Below are positions 44,744 through 61,314 of a stretch of 64,000 bases of DNA, piece by piece. The first letter of the stretch is position 1. Each line of letters opens with the position of its first letter. A model generated the notes under the pieces. That model was not told the DNA's origin, did not search any database, and saw nothing but the letters and a program-made list of their open reading frames with translations. Source of the stretch: the human T2T-CHM13v2.0 reference genome, Homo sapiens; assembly GCF_009914755.1 (NCBI RefSeq), contig NC_060946.1; one strand, written 5' to 3'. The translations under genes and the position numbers were made by a program.

Positions 44744-47708
44744 CCCTTCTTCCTCCCCCAGGAGGGTGAGTGCCGCCAGCTGCTGCTCACGCCTGACCTG
44801 TAGCTTCTGCTGCTGCAGGTTCTCCCATGGGCCACGGGGCAGCCAGGGCCCTGCCTAGGAGTGGAGGCTCCACCACTTCTGTCCTCAGAGTCAGGAACAG
44901 GGACTCCAGGAATGAGAATATCCTGCTCCTGCAGCTTGGGACACAGGGTCTCTGCACTGACATCCTGGGCTGAGGTGGCAGGTCCAGCTGTGTCTTCACA
45001 GTCCTTCCTGTGCCTGCCCATGGTGTGGGGAGGGAGGGAGTGGGGGAGGGGGTGTGGGCCTTTGAGCTTCACTAGAGACCTGAGGGAGCAGAGGTGCTCC
45101 CCAAGACCTGGACTCCTTCCCTCACCCTCCTCCCATCACTCTCCTCACTGTAGCTATGGCCAGGTGAGGGCTCAGGGCTACTTGAGGACCTTGCTCAGCC
45201 CAGGGCCTCCATCCCAGGCATTGTTTCCAAACTCTGTAAGGGCTGTCTCTGAATCTGTAGAAACAGTTATTTCTATGTGCCCAGGACTGGGTTAGAGGGC
45301 ACCAACCCCACCCCTTGCAAACTGCTCCTCACCTCTTAGCGCCCCAATGAGGAGAAGAAAGAGTTAGAAATCAGGAATCTACTCAGGGCTCCCCTCTCTC
45401 CCCTTTCCCAGCCTCCCCTGGCTTTCTCTTTCTACAGAAACACCAAGGAGGCAGCCACCAAGGACGAGGGGAGGCCCAGGCATTATACCAGGCAGCGGAG
45501 CCAGCCAGTCCCCCCAGATGGTGGAGGGAGGTGGTGGAGGTGTCTGGGACCAGAAAATAGTGAGGACCCTCTTACTGAAGTGAGGACGGGTGGCATAAAC
45601 TGAGGCCCAGATGGTGGACCAGATCTCCTGAGCCATCTACTCATTTCTTCGTGTGTTCCAGTTTGGGTAAGAATAGGCTAAAAAAAAAAAAAAAGGCTTT
45701 GAAGAGGTTCCTTTCCTCAGATAAGAATTCGTAGAGGATTATTGCCCACTCAGTCATTGAGGGGAGGCTGAGCCTCACTCTCAGGCCAATAGAACTGGGG
45801 GCTTTCAAGGGAATTTGATTGTACTGAGCTCCCAGACTCTGACATCTAAGATTTTTGCCCTCGTAGCCGAACCCAGCACTGATACCAAAATGGATGAAGG
45901 CTGATAGATAAGCCTAGAATATTCTAGCTGGCACCATCTCGTGGAAAAGAGAATCAAGTTAGAATATTGATGTGATAAGGTGGCATCGCACAGTGAGGGG
46001 AGGAGAGCTTGCGTGGGGGAGGGTAGAGGAGCCACTAGAGGGCTGGACAAGGAGGAGACAGTCTGAGGTAAGTTTGTGAGGAAAACTCCAGATGCTTCAG
46101 AGAAGATGGACAAGGAGGTAGGCAGTGTGAAGGCCATGGGACCAGCTCTAGTCACCGGGAGAGAGTGGTCAGATTCAGCACCAGTGTCTGGGGAGGAGGT
46201 ACTGAAGCCTGGGTGAGGGGAGAGGCTCAAGGCTGGCCTTAGGACCTGAGTGGGGCACAGTGATCACACTGCTGGGGGGTCCTTCAAGTGCAAGGGGGCT
46301 GCAGGAAGGCTTGAGCTCATTGTCACAATGAAAACTTAGACAACAGCTCCCCAGACTTGTTCAAAGGTGTCACAGGACTTTTTCCTCTCCACATGGCAAC
46401 GTGGAGAAGAAAACTTATCTCTGAGATATATAAGATGTTAGTTCTCCATAACCTCTCTTGTCCCCTGGCTGAATTCCTATTTGGAAACAAAATGACTCTC
46501 CAGTTTTATATATGACATCCTCACAAAAAAAAAGTTCCAGAATGAGAAAGATCTGCCCTCCCTGACCCACTGGTGAGGAATCTCAGCCTTCAGGACAACC
46601 AGACTAAATCATTCATGCCATCTCCCATGACAGCATCATGTGGACCAGGGAGCCTACCTTATGGGTTTGGGCCACACACTGCCTGTCCCTAGCATTGCAG
46701 CTGGGGACACTTACATGCTGAACTCATGGCTGGGAGATCTGAGGTCCAGACATGACAGGAAAAGGAAAAAGACCAGGAGCTCTGCCTAAGTAGCCCCCCT
46801 GTGTGAATCACTCTACCCTCCACCCTCATCTTCAGTTCGTGATGGGTATTGTCTTGTGAAAACTGAAAGCTGGGCTGGGACACAGGCAAGAGAGTCTCTG
46901 ACTCACAAATCTCCATCGTGGGCTCTCTGGCCTTTCTGATATTCTTTTCACACATCAATTCTGGGCCAAGACACATCCATGCTCATCAAGAAGGCATTGA
47001 TAGGAGAATCAGGTAGCCTCCAGAGAGACAGGAAGCAGGTAAACACCCTCATGTTGGCCTCCTAAGCCCAGAGGAGAAAAAAAAAAGTTGGAGGGGAAGA
47101 AGTTCAAGAAGCCACACTAGAAGCCACTGATTACCATCACCTCGGCACCTGTCCTCCATCTGCCCCTCTTTCAAGTGAGGACCAGACTCAGGGGACAGCA
47201 CCTGCACCTCCCCCTCTGTCCATGCACTGTGTAGGGAGCCTCCTTCTGCTCTCATCCCAAGGTGGCTGCTCCGCCAGGTCAGCCGTATCACTGCTGAGAG
47301 TCTTCCCTGGGTCCTGGTCACAGGGTCTGGGATCAGCAGCAACCTGGCTTTGATTCAGCTCTGACCCTGCCCCTTCAGGACACAAAGCCCACTATTAAAG
47401 GGATAACTGAACTCTCCTAGTTCACTCAACCTTAGATTTTCCTTCTCAGTGTCCTTCTAGAAAGTGCCGCCTCTACTAAATGATTTCATGTTATTTCCTC
47501 AGGTCTAGAGCTATTTGATTTCCAAAATTCTATACTCACTCTTCTGTTCTCATTCCCGGTCATGGCTCATTTTCCCTCAGCAGCTAATGATGCTAATCAT
47601 GTATCTACCCCCCATTGTCACAAAAAAGAGAGATGGAAGAGTTCCTTAGATAAATACAGGGTTAGCAAAGAAAAGTTTCATTATCTCTTAAGAATTACTC
47701 CAAGATCT

Positions 47709-48042
<334 letters not shown>

Positions 48043-49088
48043 TCAAGAGTTTACTCCTCAGAAACAACAGCATGAATACATTAGGTAGTGAATGTTCTTG
48101 GTCTTCTCAATGAATAACGTCTGAAAGGTTCAGAGTATATGTTTCAAAAAGGTAAGTGCATAACTTTCAAAAAAATGTAGTATTAACATGTCAACAATTT
48201 TAATTGGTATATATATTTCTGAAAAAAAAGCAGTATGATGGTAAAAGAAATGTAAAAAAGCCTTTGTAAAACCCAGTGCTTACAGTCCACCAGGATAGCA
48301 CCTGTGAAGCAAATTTCCTTTGCTGAAGATACACCGCCTTTTAGAATAATAGCAAGATAGTTTGAATTTGTCTTCTTCTCTCACAGCAATCTAAAAATTA
48401 ACTTGATCCCATTTATATGACGTATCTAGAAATATTCCTGTACATGTGGACATTCCCATCGCACACCTCCCATCCAGGCTGTCCTAAAGTGGCATCTCCT
48501 CTTCTTCTGCTCATGTTCTCCCCCTCTCCTCACCTCTCCTGCTGACACGTGGCTCCTCCCTGCCTTCCTCTCCAGTAGCCCCAGCAGATCAGGCCCAACC
48601 AGTGAACAAGCTCCTGGACTTCTTGGATTTCTGAGGACTTGCCCTGCCAGGGTGTCTTTCTCAATCACAATCTCTCCTTCCCGGGAGTCCAATTCTCCTA
48701 GATCCTGTTATTTATCTAATGTTATACATCTGTATCTACTTGGTGGACTTCCCTACATCTTCACCTGAACCCCAGGAATCTTCAGGTCATGCCCATATGA
48801 CCTTAGTTCTCCTGGAGTCCCTTCTTCCTTCTTCCCCTGTGATCCCACCAAGTGGAGATCTCTTCTCAGACCCTGGAGTGCAGCAGGGACTTCTCTGGTC
48901 TCTGCCCCAGGGATTAAGGGGGTGGAATTGAGGACTCCTGTGCCCTTCCTATGCCTGTGTTTTCATCAGGGTCAGCTGCACAAGGTAGGGATTCCCACTC
49001 TCAGAGTATGAAGAGGGGCAGGGAGAGATTTGGGGAAGCTCTGCTTCAGCTGTGGGCACAGGAGGCAGCACTCAGGACAATCTCCAGC

Positions 49089-49554
49089 ATGGCCTGGTCT
49101 CCTCTCCTCCTCACTCTCCTCGCTCACTGCACAGGTGACTGGATACAGATCGAGGGGAGGGTCCCTGGGAAGCCTATGGATTCTTGCTTTCTCCTCTTGT
49201 CTCTAGAAGCAGAATCATGATGCCTGTGTCTCTCCCACTTCCAGGGTCCTGGGCCCAGTCTGTGCTGACGCAGCCGCCCTCAGTGTCTGGGGCCCCAGGG
49301 CAGAGGGTCACCATCTCCTGCACTGGGAGCAGCTCCAACATTGGGGCGGGTTATGTTGTACATTGGTACCAGCAGCTTCCAGGAACAGCCCCCAAACTCC
49401 TCATCTATGGTAACAGCAATCGGCCCTCAGGGGTCCCTGACCAATTCTCTGGCTCCAAGTCTGGCACCTCAGCCTCCCTGGCCATCACTGGACTCCAGTC
49501 TGAGGATGAGGCTGATTATTACTGCAAAGCATGGGATAACAGCCTGAATGCTCA
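49089..49554 (+). CDS. IGLV1-50: Ig lambda variable 1-50, open frame but probably non-functional (leader 49089-49134, V exon 49245-49554)
   Basis: [16 protein letters not shown] / [37 protein letters not shown]...PDQFSG...[12 protein letters not shown]. No upstream octamer. Confidence 0.93.
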
Positions 49555-49593
49555 CACAGTGCTCCAGGCCCAGGGGGAGGTGAGAGAAGAACC
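49555..49593 (+). other. 23-RSS of IGLV1-50 with variant nonamer
   Basis: CACAGTG + 23 bp + AGAAGAACC. Confidence 0.9.
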
Positions 49594-51047
49594 CCCTTCC
49601 TCCTCTACCAGGAGGGTGAGCGCTCAGCTGCTACTGCTCAGGCGTGGCCTGTGGCTTCTGCTGCTGCAGCTTCCCCCATGGTCCAGGGGCATCCAGGGCC
49701 CTGCCTCAGAGTAGAGGCTTCTCTTTTTTTCTGTTCTGAGAATCATGCACAGCAGCTCCTTCCTAGGAACAGGGCCTCCAGGGACCAGAACATCCATCTC
49801 TTTGTACCTTGGGACACAGGGTCTCTGCAGTGAAGTCCTGGGCTGAGGTGTCAGGTCCAACTGTCATCACAAACCTGATGCAGAACCTGTGTCTCCATCA
49901 ACCTCATTTCCTGATTTCTGGAAGTTCCGACTGTTGGCTTTCTGTCCCTGCTCCTCAGGGTGAATCGCTTGGCTTCTTTCCTCCCCAGCCTACTCTTTTT
50001 AATAAAACCCTTTCCAAGGAGGAATAATGTCCATACGAGAAAACACCTATATTTATAATATACCATGACACCCATTTTGGCATGTTTCTGGATCCTTGAA
50101 AGCATCACCACCACCGAGCTATGCAAGCTGTGACCAACCCCAGCAGCTCCTCATGACCCTTTGTCATCTCCCTTTCTACCCCAATGCCCTCCCGGGAAGC
50201 CACAGATCCTCCTCTGTCATTAGTGTTTGGTTTCCATTTTCTGGAAGGTATCAGTGTTCACATTCTCTTGCCATTTGTTGAGGCTTCTTTCACTCCGCAC
50301 ACTTTTTGAGATTCTCCCTGTTGTTGCTGAATGACATCTCATCCCATAAAGGGCTCATCAGTACCTTTGAGGGCCCCTAGCCATTTTGCCTTTCATGCCC
50401 ATTCCTGCATTTGTATATACACATATAGAATCCAGGGTAGCCTATATTCCTTTTAATCTGAATTTTAAAAAATCAATACATTTTCTGGGGCCCCTAACAG
50501 CGTCGAGTCCTGTAGGCATTTGATCTTCTCTCTCCAGTGATGCTCAGCCCTACTTGCATCTCATGCGATTATACTCACTTCTCGCCATTATTCAACAATT
50601 TTGTTTTATTCTCTTGGTTTTAAATAGGCAATACACAAACAAGATGCCACATGAGAACTATGGAAACCACTTCCCCCTCCTACATCCTGTCTCCTGGCCT
50701 GTTGGTTTCTCTCAGCTGAAGTGACCAGGAATGCTTACATTTATGTTCCCTCCCAGCCAGGATCTGTGTGTAGAAACAAGGGGGTCTATCTGTGTCTGTG
50801 TGGGCAACCACATTATGTTTTCTTTAGTACCACTACAACCTTACTATTGACAAACAACTTTTTAATTCCTGAGACTGTGACTTCATGTAATCCTGACAGT
50901 AGCCCGATTATTGCTTTTGAGGCAGTGGTCCTGATTGGAGAGGAACTGTTTGTGACCTGGGGATGGCGTTCTCTAATTTATCAAATGTAAACACTGGAGG
51001 TCAGTTAAATTTGAATTCGGTAAAACAATGATGAAGAATCAATAGGT

Positions 51048-51356
51048 AGGCTGGGCGCCGTGGCTCACACCTTAACCCTGGCACTTTTGGAAGCCAAGGT
51101 TGATGGATTGCTTCAGGCCAGGAGTTCGAGACAAGTCTGACCCACGTGGTGAAACCCCGTATCTCCTAAAAATACAAAAATTAGCTGGGCCTCATGACAT
51201 ATACCTGTAATCCCAGTGACTCAGGAGGTTGAGGCATGAGAATCACTTGAACCCAAGAGGCAGAGGTTGCAGTGAGCTGAGACCGGGCCACTAACTCCAG
51301 GTGGAGTAACAGAGTGACACTCTGACTCAAAAAAAAATACAAAAAAAAAAAAAAAA
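51048..51356 (+). mobile_element. Older Alu, probably inserted in a MER33-like DNA transposon remnant
   Basis: Alu dimer with poly-A. Flanks are cagttaaatttgaattc and aactgggtgccctttaatttatctggcaact. Confidence 0.8.
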
Positions 51357-53069
51357 GAGTCAGTATGTGTATCCCCCAGACAATATTGTGTATTTAAATA
51401 TAAACATAACTGGGTGCCCTTTAATTTATCTGGCAACTCCACACAGTGTCACAACCTGGAAGAGGCATAGCTGGGGCAGTCATCCCCTTACTGATGCTGG
51501 GTCTAGGGGCTTAACTACAAAGACAGAGCTTTGCTAGCAAAGATACACTCAAGTGAGCACATCAGTGAGCATGAAATGCATGTGATATAATTCCCAATGA
51601 ATGATGCCTCCTCACTTCTCTAATTATTCTATTATCCTTCAAGTCTGCAGATTCAGGGCCTCCCCAGGGGTTGCTTCAGCCTGAGCGCTAGACAAGTGAT
51701 CTCATGTCCTGTCACACCCAGATGCATGGGGCTACTCTGTCCCCACACAGAGGGGCTTCAGCCTGGGGTGCATAAGTAACATGTGAGAGAGAGAAGAGCT
51801 CAGCCTGGCTCTGCTTATATCTAGTGAGAGACCAACTTCGGGTTCATTTGATGCTGGAGGCTGGTGAGCTGAGAGCAGAGGAGAGACCAAGCCTTAGAGT
51901 GCAGGGCTTTCAGGAGAGAAATTGGGAACCTGGAAATGGGCCACACTCTTCAGTGAGGAAGAAGCAGGCAGCTCTAGGCACAGCCCTGCATTCCTAGTGG
52001 CTTCCCCTTCATCAAGCTTGACTCCCTGCTTTGATGTCTGTCAGGGAATCTACTTCAGCAAGGTGAAGATCCCAGGGCTTTACTAAAAATAGCAGTAGAC
52101 CAGGCAGGTATGTCATGGTTCAAGAGTTCTGTGCACAGAAATAAATACAGATGCATATTCACAAGGGCCCTCACAGTTGTCTCTTTTGGAGTGGAAGAGA
52201 TGAAGAAAGGCAGGGAGAAATTGAAAGACTCAGTCGGTCTGGGCCTGGGGCAGCACTGGATGCTGTGGACTTATCCCTGAAGGGTCTGCAGGTGACCACA
52301 GCCAGGAAGCCAGCCCCTGCTATGACCCTGTGTCATCTGCTCACTGCTCACTGAGCTCAGCAGCTGTGTCCTCACAGGAAACTGGGTGCAGCCAGCTTGG
52401 CCTTCTCCACCCCACCTGGAAAATGTGGGCAGGTGACTGTCAGCATTGAGATCCTATGAAGGGGCTGGGAGACAAGGGAAGAGGGCTGATTTGCATGAAG
52501 CAATCATTCCACACCCTTATCTTTAAACTATATCCCATTAATGGAAGCTCTGGGGCCATCCAAACCTGATCAATCTAAGAGGGGTTATCAGCTGGAGGTG
52601 GTCAGAGTGAGGAAGAAACTGGCTTCCTTGAAAGACTCATCAACACAGCCACCAACTCTGGGACAAATGGGGTGACTCCCTATAACTGTCACCCGATATT
52701 AGCCACAGGAGCCTGAGCCTAGTCCCCTCACCTTATTGCTTCTGATTCTGGTCCAGTCCCCTGTTGTCCCTGGACCCTTGCCTATGTCTGAGTCCAGGGT
52801 GGCAGGGGTAGCCCCATCTCAGTCAACATCTATAGAGAGGTAAGAGCTACTACGGCTTCAAGCAGAGTCCACAGTTTTACCCATGAGGGCCTCTTTTGCT
52901 CCCCCACCCTGTCACACAGGTGACTACTGCTGTGGGTCTGGTGGAGTGGCCCCTGGCCCCTGAAGGACACAAGGTATTCCTTCCTCTCTAACACCAGGCA
53001 TATAGTGGAGAAGGTATGGGTGGGTATAGAACAGATTGGCTTTTCTAGATGCAAATCGGTAAGACCCTG

Positions 53070-53421
53070 GCTACAGAAAAATTATTTCACAAAACCCCAC
53101 ACCCTTTCGTGACAAAAACACTCAGTGAATTATGAATAGAAGGAAATTACCTCAACATAGTAAACCCTATGTATGAAACTCCCACAGCTAACATCACGTG
53201 CAATCTGAAAGACTGAAGATATTTCCTGTAACTTCAGGAACAAAGCAAGGATGCGCACTTTCACCACTTCTATTCCAAATAGTATTGGAAGACCTAGCCA
53301 GAGCAATTAGCCAAGAAAAAGAAATAAACAGAAAAGAAATTAGAAATGAAAAAGTAAAATAATCTCTGTTTTCAGATGACCTAATCTTATATGTAGAAAA
53401 TCCATAAAACTTCCACCAAAA
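53070..53421 (+). mobile_element. Old L1M ORF2, left part of the host element
   Basis: aatagaaggaaattacctcaacatag...tctctgttttcagatgacctaatcttatatgtagaaaatcc. Confidence 0.8.
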
Positions 53422-56400
53422 TAGCAAACTCTTCTCAGCTAAGGGACCATGTTCTAACCCAATGAAGGGAAGCTAAGAACCTTGATAAAAGGTTACAGGA
53501 ACAGCTAAATGGAATAATCAGTTTAGAGAGAAACATAAATAACCTGATGGAGCTGAAAAACACAGCAGAAGAACTTCATGAAGCATACACAAGTATCAAT
53601 AGCTGAACCAAACCAGTGGAAGAAAGTATATCAGAGACTGAAGATCAACTTACTGAAATGGGTGTGAAGACAAGATAAGGCAAAAAAGCAGGAAAAGAAA
53701 TGAACAAAGCCTCCAAGAAATATGGGACTATGTGAAACGACCAAACTTACAATTGATTGGTGTACCTGAAAGTGACGGGGAGAATGGAACCACGTTGGAA
53801 AACACACTTCAGGATATTATCCAGGAGAAATTCCCCAACCTGGCAAGACAGGCCAACATTCAAATTCAGGAAATACAAGGAAGATCACTAAGATACTCCT
53901 CGAGAAGAGCAAGCCAAAGACACATAACCGTCAGATTCACCAAGGTTGAAATGAAGGAAACAATGTTAAGTGGATCCAGAGAGAAAGGTCAGGTTACCTA
54001 CAAAGGGAAGCCCATCAGACTAACAGCAGATCTCTCTGCGGAAACCCTACAAGCCAGAAGAGAGTGGGAGCCAATATTCAACTTCTTAAAGAAAAGAATT
54101 TTCAGTCCAGAATTTTATATCCAGCCAAACTAAGCTACATAAGTGAAGGAGAAATAAAATTCTTTACAGATAAGCAAATGCTGAGGTATTTTATCACCAC
54201 CAGGCCTACCTTACAAGAGCTCCTGAAGGAAGCACTAAATATGGAAAGGAAAAACTGCTACCAGCCACTGCAAAAACACACCAAAATATAAAGACCAATG
54301 ATGCTATGAAGAAACTGCATCAAGTAATGTGCAAAATAACCAGTTAGCATCATGATGACAGGATAAAATTCCCACATAATAATATTAATTTTAAATGTAA
54401 ATGGGCCAAATGCCCCAATTAAAAGACACAGACTGGCAAATTGGGTAAAGAGTCAAGACCCATTGGTGTGGTATATTCAGGAGACCCATCTCACATCAAA
54501 AGACACACATAGGCTCAAAATAAAGGAATGGAGGAATATTTACCAAGCAAATGGAAAGAAAAAAAAAAGCTGGGGTCGCAATCCTAGTCTCTGATAAAAC
54601 AGACTTTAAACAAACAAGGATCAAAAAAGACAAAGAAAGGCATTACATAATGGTAAAGGGATCAATGCAACAAGAAGAACTAACTATGCTAAATATATAT
54701 GCACCCAATACAGGAGCACCCAGTTTCATAAAACAAGTTCTTAGAGACCTACAAAGAGACTTAAACTCCCAGATGATAATACTGGGAGACTTTGACACTC
54801 CACTGTCAATATTAAATCAATGAGACAGAAAATGAACAAGGATATCCCATCCTTAGAAAACCCCATCGTCTCAGCCCCAAAACTCCTTAAGCTGATGAGC
54901 AACTTCAGTAAAGTCTCAGGATACAAAATCAATGTGAAAAATTCACAAGTATTTCTATGCATCAGCAATAGACAAGCAGAAAGCCAAATCATGAGTGAAC
55001 TCCCATTCCCAATTGCTACGAAGAAAATAAAATACCTAGGAATACAACTTACAAGGGATGTGAAGGACCTCTTCAAGGAGAACTACAAACCATTGCTCAA
55101 GGAAATAAGAGAGAACATGAACTCAGCTCTGGACCAAGTGGACCTATAGATATCTACAGAAAACTTTACCCCAAATCAATAGAATATACATTCTTCTCAG
55201 TGCCACATAACATATATTCTAAAATTGACCACATAATTGGAAGTAAAACATCCTTAGCAAATGCGAAAGAATGGAAATCATAACAAACAGTCTTTCAGAC
55301 TACCGAGCAATCAAATTAGAACTCAGGATGAAGAAACTCACTCAAAACCACACAACTACACGGAAATTGAACAACCTGCTCCTGAATGACTACTGGGTAA
55401 ATAATGAAATTAAGGCAGAAATAAAGAAGTTATTTGAAGCCAATGAGAACAAAGAGACAATGTACCAGAATCTCTGGGACACAACTAGAACAGTGTGTAG
55501 AGGGAAATTTATAGCACTAAATGCCACAGCAGAAAGTGGGAAAGATCTAAAATTGACACCCTAACATCACAATTAAAGGAAGTATAGAAGCAAGAGCAAA
55601 TAAATTCAAAAGCTAGCAGAAGACAAGAAATAACTAAGATCGGAGCAGAGCTGAAAGAGATAGAGACGTGAATAACCCTTCAAAAAAATCAATGAATCCA
55701 GGAGCTGGTTTTTTGAAAAGATTAACAATCTAGATAGACCACTAGCTAGACTAATAAATAAGAAAGAAGAATCAAATAGATACAATAAAAAAGATAAAGG
55801 GGATATCACTACTGATCTCCCAGAAATGCGAACTACCATCAGAGAATACTACAAACACCTCTATGCAAATAAACTAGAAAATCTAGAAGAAAGGATAGAT
55901 TCCTGGACACATACACCCTCCCAAGACTAAATCAGGAAGAAGCTGAATCCCTGAATAGACCAATAACAAGTTCTGGTATTGTGGCAGTAATTAATAGCCT
56001 ACCAACCAAAAAAAGCCCAGGACCAGACAGATTCACAGCTGAATTATACCAGAGGTACAAAGAGGAGCTGATACCATTCCTTCTGAAACCATTCCAAAGA
56101 ATAGAAAAAGAGAGACTCCTCTCTAACTCATTTTGTGAAGCTAGCATCATCCTGATATCAAAATCTGGCAGAGACACAACAAAAACAGAAAATTCCGGGC
56201 CAATATCTTTGATGAACATTGATGCGAAAATCCTCAATAAAATACTGGCAAACTGAATCCAGCAGCACATCAAAAAACTTACCCACCACAATCAAGTCGG
56301 CTTCATCGCTGGGATGCAAGTCTGGTTCAACATACACAAATCAATAAATGTAATCCATCGCATAAACAGAACTAAAGACAAAAACCACATGATTATCTCA

Positions 56401-58687
56401 ATAGATGCAGAAAAGCCCTTTGATAAAATTCAACATCCCTTCATGCTAAAACCTCTCAATAAACTAAGTGTTGATGGAACATATCTCAAAATAATAAGAG
56501 GAATTTATGAAAAACCCATAGCCAACATCATACTGAATGGGCAAAAGCTGGAAGCATTCACTTTGAAAACCACCACAAGACAAGGATGCCCTCTCTGAAC
56601 ACTTCTGTTCAACATAGCATTGGAAGTTCTAGCCAGGGCAATCAGGCAAGAGAAATAAAGCGTATTTGAATAGGAAGAGAGGAAGTCAAATTGTCTCTGT
56701 TTGCAGACGATATGACTGTATAGTTAGAAAACCCAATCATCTCAGCCCAAAAACTCCTTAAGCTGATAAGCAACTCCAGCAAAGTCCCAGGATACAAAAT
56801 CAATGTGCAAAAATCGCAAGCATTCCTACACACCAGAAATAGACAAGCAGAGAGCCAAATCATGAGTGAACCCTCATTCACAATTGCTACAAAGAAAATA
56901 AAATGCCTAGGAGTACAACTTACAGGGACTTGAAGGACCTCTTCAAGGAGAACTATACACTACTGCTGAAGGAAATAAGAAAGGACACAAAGGAATGAAA
57001 AAACATTCCATTCTCATGGATAGGAAGAATCAATATCGTGAAAATGGCCATATTGCCCAAAGTAATCTATAGATTCAATGCTATTCCCATGAAGACACCA
57101 CTGACTTTTTCTGCAGAATAGAAAAAAGCTACTTTAAATTTCATATGGAACCAAGAAAGAACCTGGATAACCAAGACAATTCTAAACAAAAAGAACAAAG
57201 CTGGAGGCATCACACCACCTGACTTCAAATTACACTACCAGGCAACAGTAACCAAAACAGCATGGTACTGGTACCAAAGCAGATAAATAGATCAATGGTA
57301 CAGAGCAGAGACCTGAGAAATAACACCACACATCTACAACCATCTGATCTTTGACAAACTTGACAAAAACAAGCAATGGGGAAAGGATTCCCTATTTGAT
57401 AAGTGGTGCTGGGAAAACTGGTAGCCATAGACAGAAAACAGAAACTGGACCACTTCCTTACACCGTATACAAAAATTAACTCAAAACGGATTAAAGACTT
57501 AAATGTAAAACCCAAAACCATAAAAACCCTGGAAGAAAACCTAGGCAATTCCATTCAGGACACAGGTGTGGGCAAATACTTTATGATGAAAATACCAAAA
57601 GCGATGGCAACAAAAGCTAAATTGAAAATGGGATCTAATCAAACTAAAGAACTTCGGCAGAGTAAAAGAAACAATCATCAGAGTAAACAGGCAACCTACA
57701 GAATGGGAGAAAATTTTTGCAAGCTACCCATTTGACAAAGGTCTAATATTTAGAATCTACAAGGAACTTAAACAAATTTACAAGAAATAAACAACCCCAT
57801 CAAAAAATGGACTAAGGATATGAACAAACACTTCTCAAAAGAAGACATGTATGTGGCCAACAAACATATGAAAAACAGCGCATCATCACTGGTCATTAGA
57901 GAAATGCAAATCAAAACCACAGTGAGGTACCATCTCACACCAGTTAGAATGGCAATTATTAAACAGTCGGGAAACAACAGATGTTGGTGAGGCTGCGGAG
58001 AAATTGGAATGCTTTTACACTGTCAGTGGGAATGTAAATTAGTTCAACCATTGTGGAAGACAGTGTGGCAATTCCTCAAGGATCTAGAACCAGAAATACC
58101 ATTTGAGACCAGTAATCCCATTCCTGGGTATATACCCAAAGGATTATAAATCATTCTACCATAAAGACACATGGACACATATGTTTATTGCAGCACTCTA
58201 TGCAGTAGCAACGACTTGGAACCAATCCAAATGGCCATCAATGACAGACTGAATATAGAAAATGTGGCATATATACACTGTGGAATACTATGCAGCCATA
58301 AAAAAGAATGAGTTCATGTTCTTTGCAGGGACATAGATGAAGCTGGAAGCCATCATTCTCAGCAAAGTAACACTGAAACAGAAAATCAAACACTGCATGT
58401 TCATACTCATAAGTGGGAGTTGAAGAATGAGAACACGTGGACACAGGGAGGGAAACATCGTATACCAGGGCCTGTCCGGGGGGGCTGGGGATCAAGGGGA
58501 GGGAGAGCATTAGGATGAATACCTCATGCATACAGGGATTAAAACCTAGATGACAGGTTGATAGGTGTAGTAAACCACCATGTCACATATATACCTCTGT
58601 AACAAACCTGCGGGTTCTGCACACATGTATCCCAGAACTTAAAGTAAAATAAACAAATAAATAAATAAATAAATAAATAAATAAAAT
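53422..58687 (+). mobile_element. 5'-truncated L1PA (L1PA7/8-like): partial ORF1, decayed ORF2, 3' UTR, (TAAA)n tail
   Basis: ORF1 and ORF2 fragments in the ORF track. Degenerate TSD AACTTCCACCAAAA (53408-53421) / AAGTCCCACCAAAA (58688-58701). Confidence 0.93.
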
Positions 58688-58701
58688 AAGTCCCACCAAA
58701 A

Positions 58702-61110
<2,409 letters not shown>

Positions 61111-61314
61111 AGAGGAAGATTTATATTTGGCACCATTGCTCTACTTCCAAGAACAGTAGAAAGATACAGTAGTAGGAGAGTGTGCACAAGTATCCAGGAC
61201 GTCTTTCATTTTTTGCCAGCCCTGCAGCATCCTAACAATCCAAGAGAGCAGGAGGTGCCTCATTACAGGGGACTCAGAATAATGTGAAGAAATCTGGGGC
61301 GGGGTGGGGGCATA

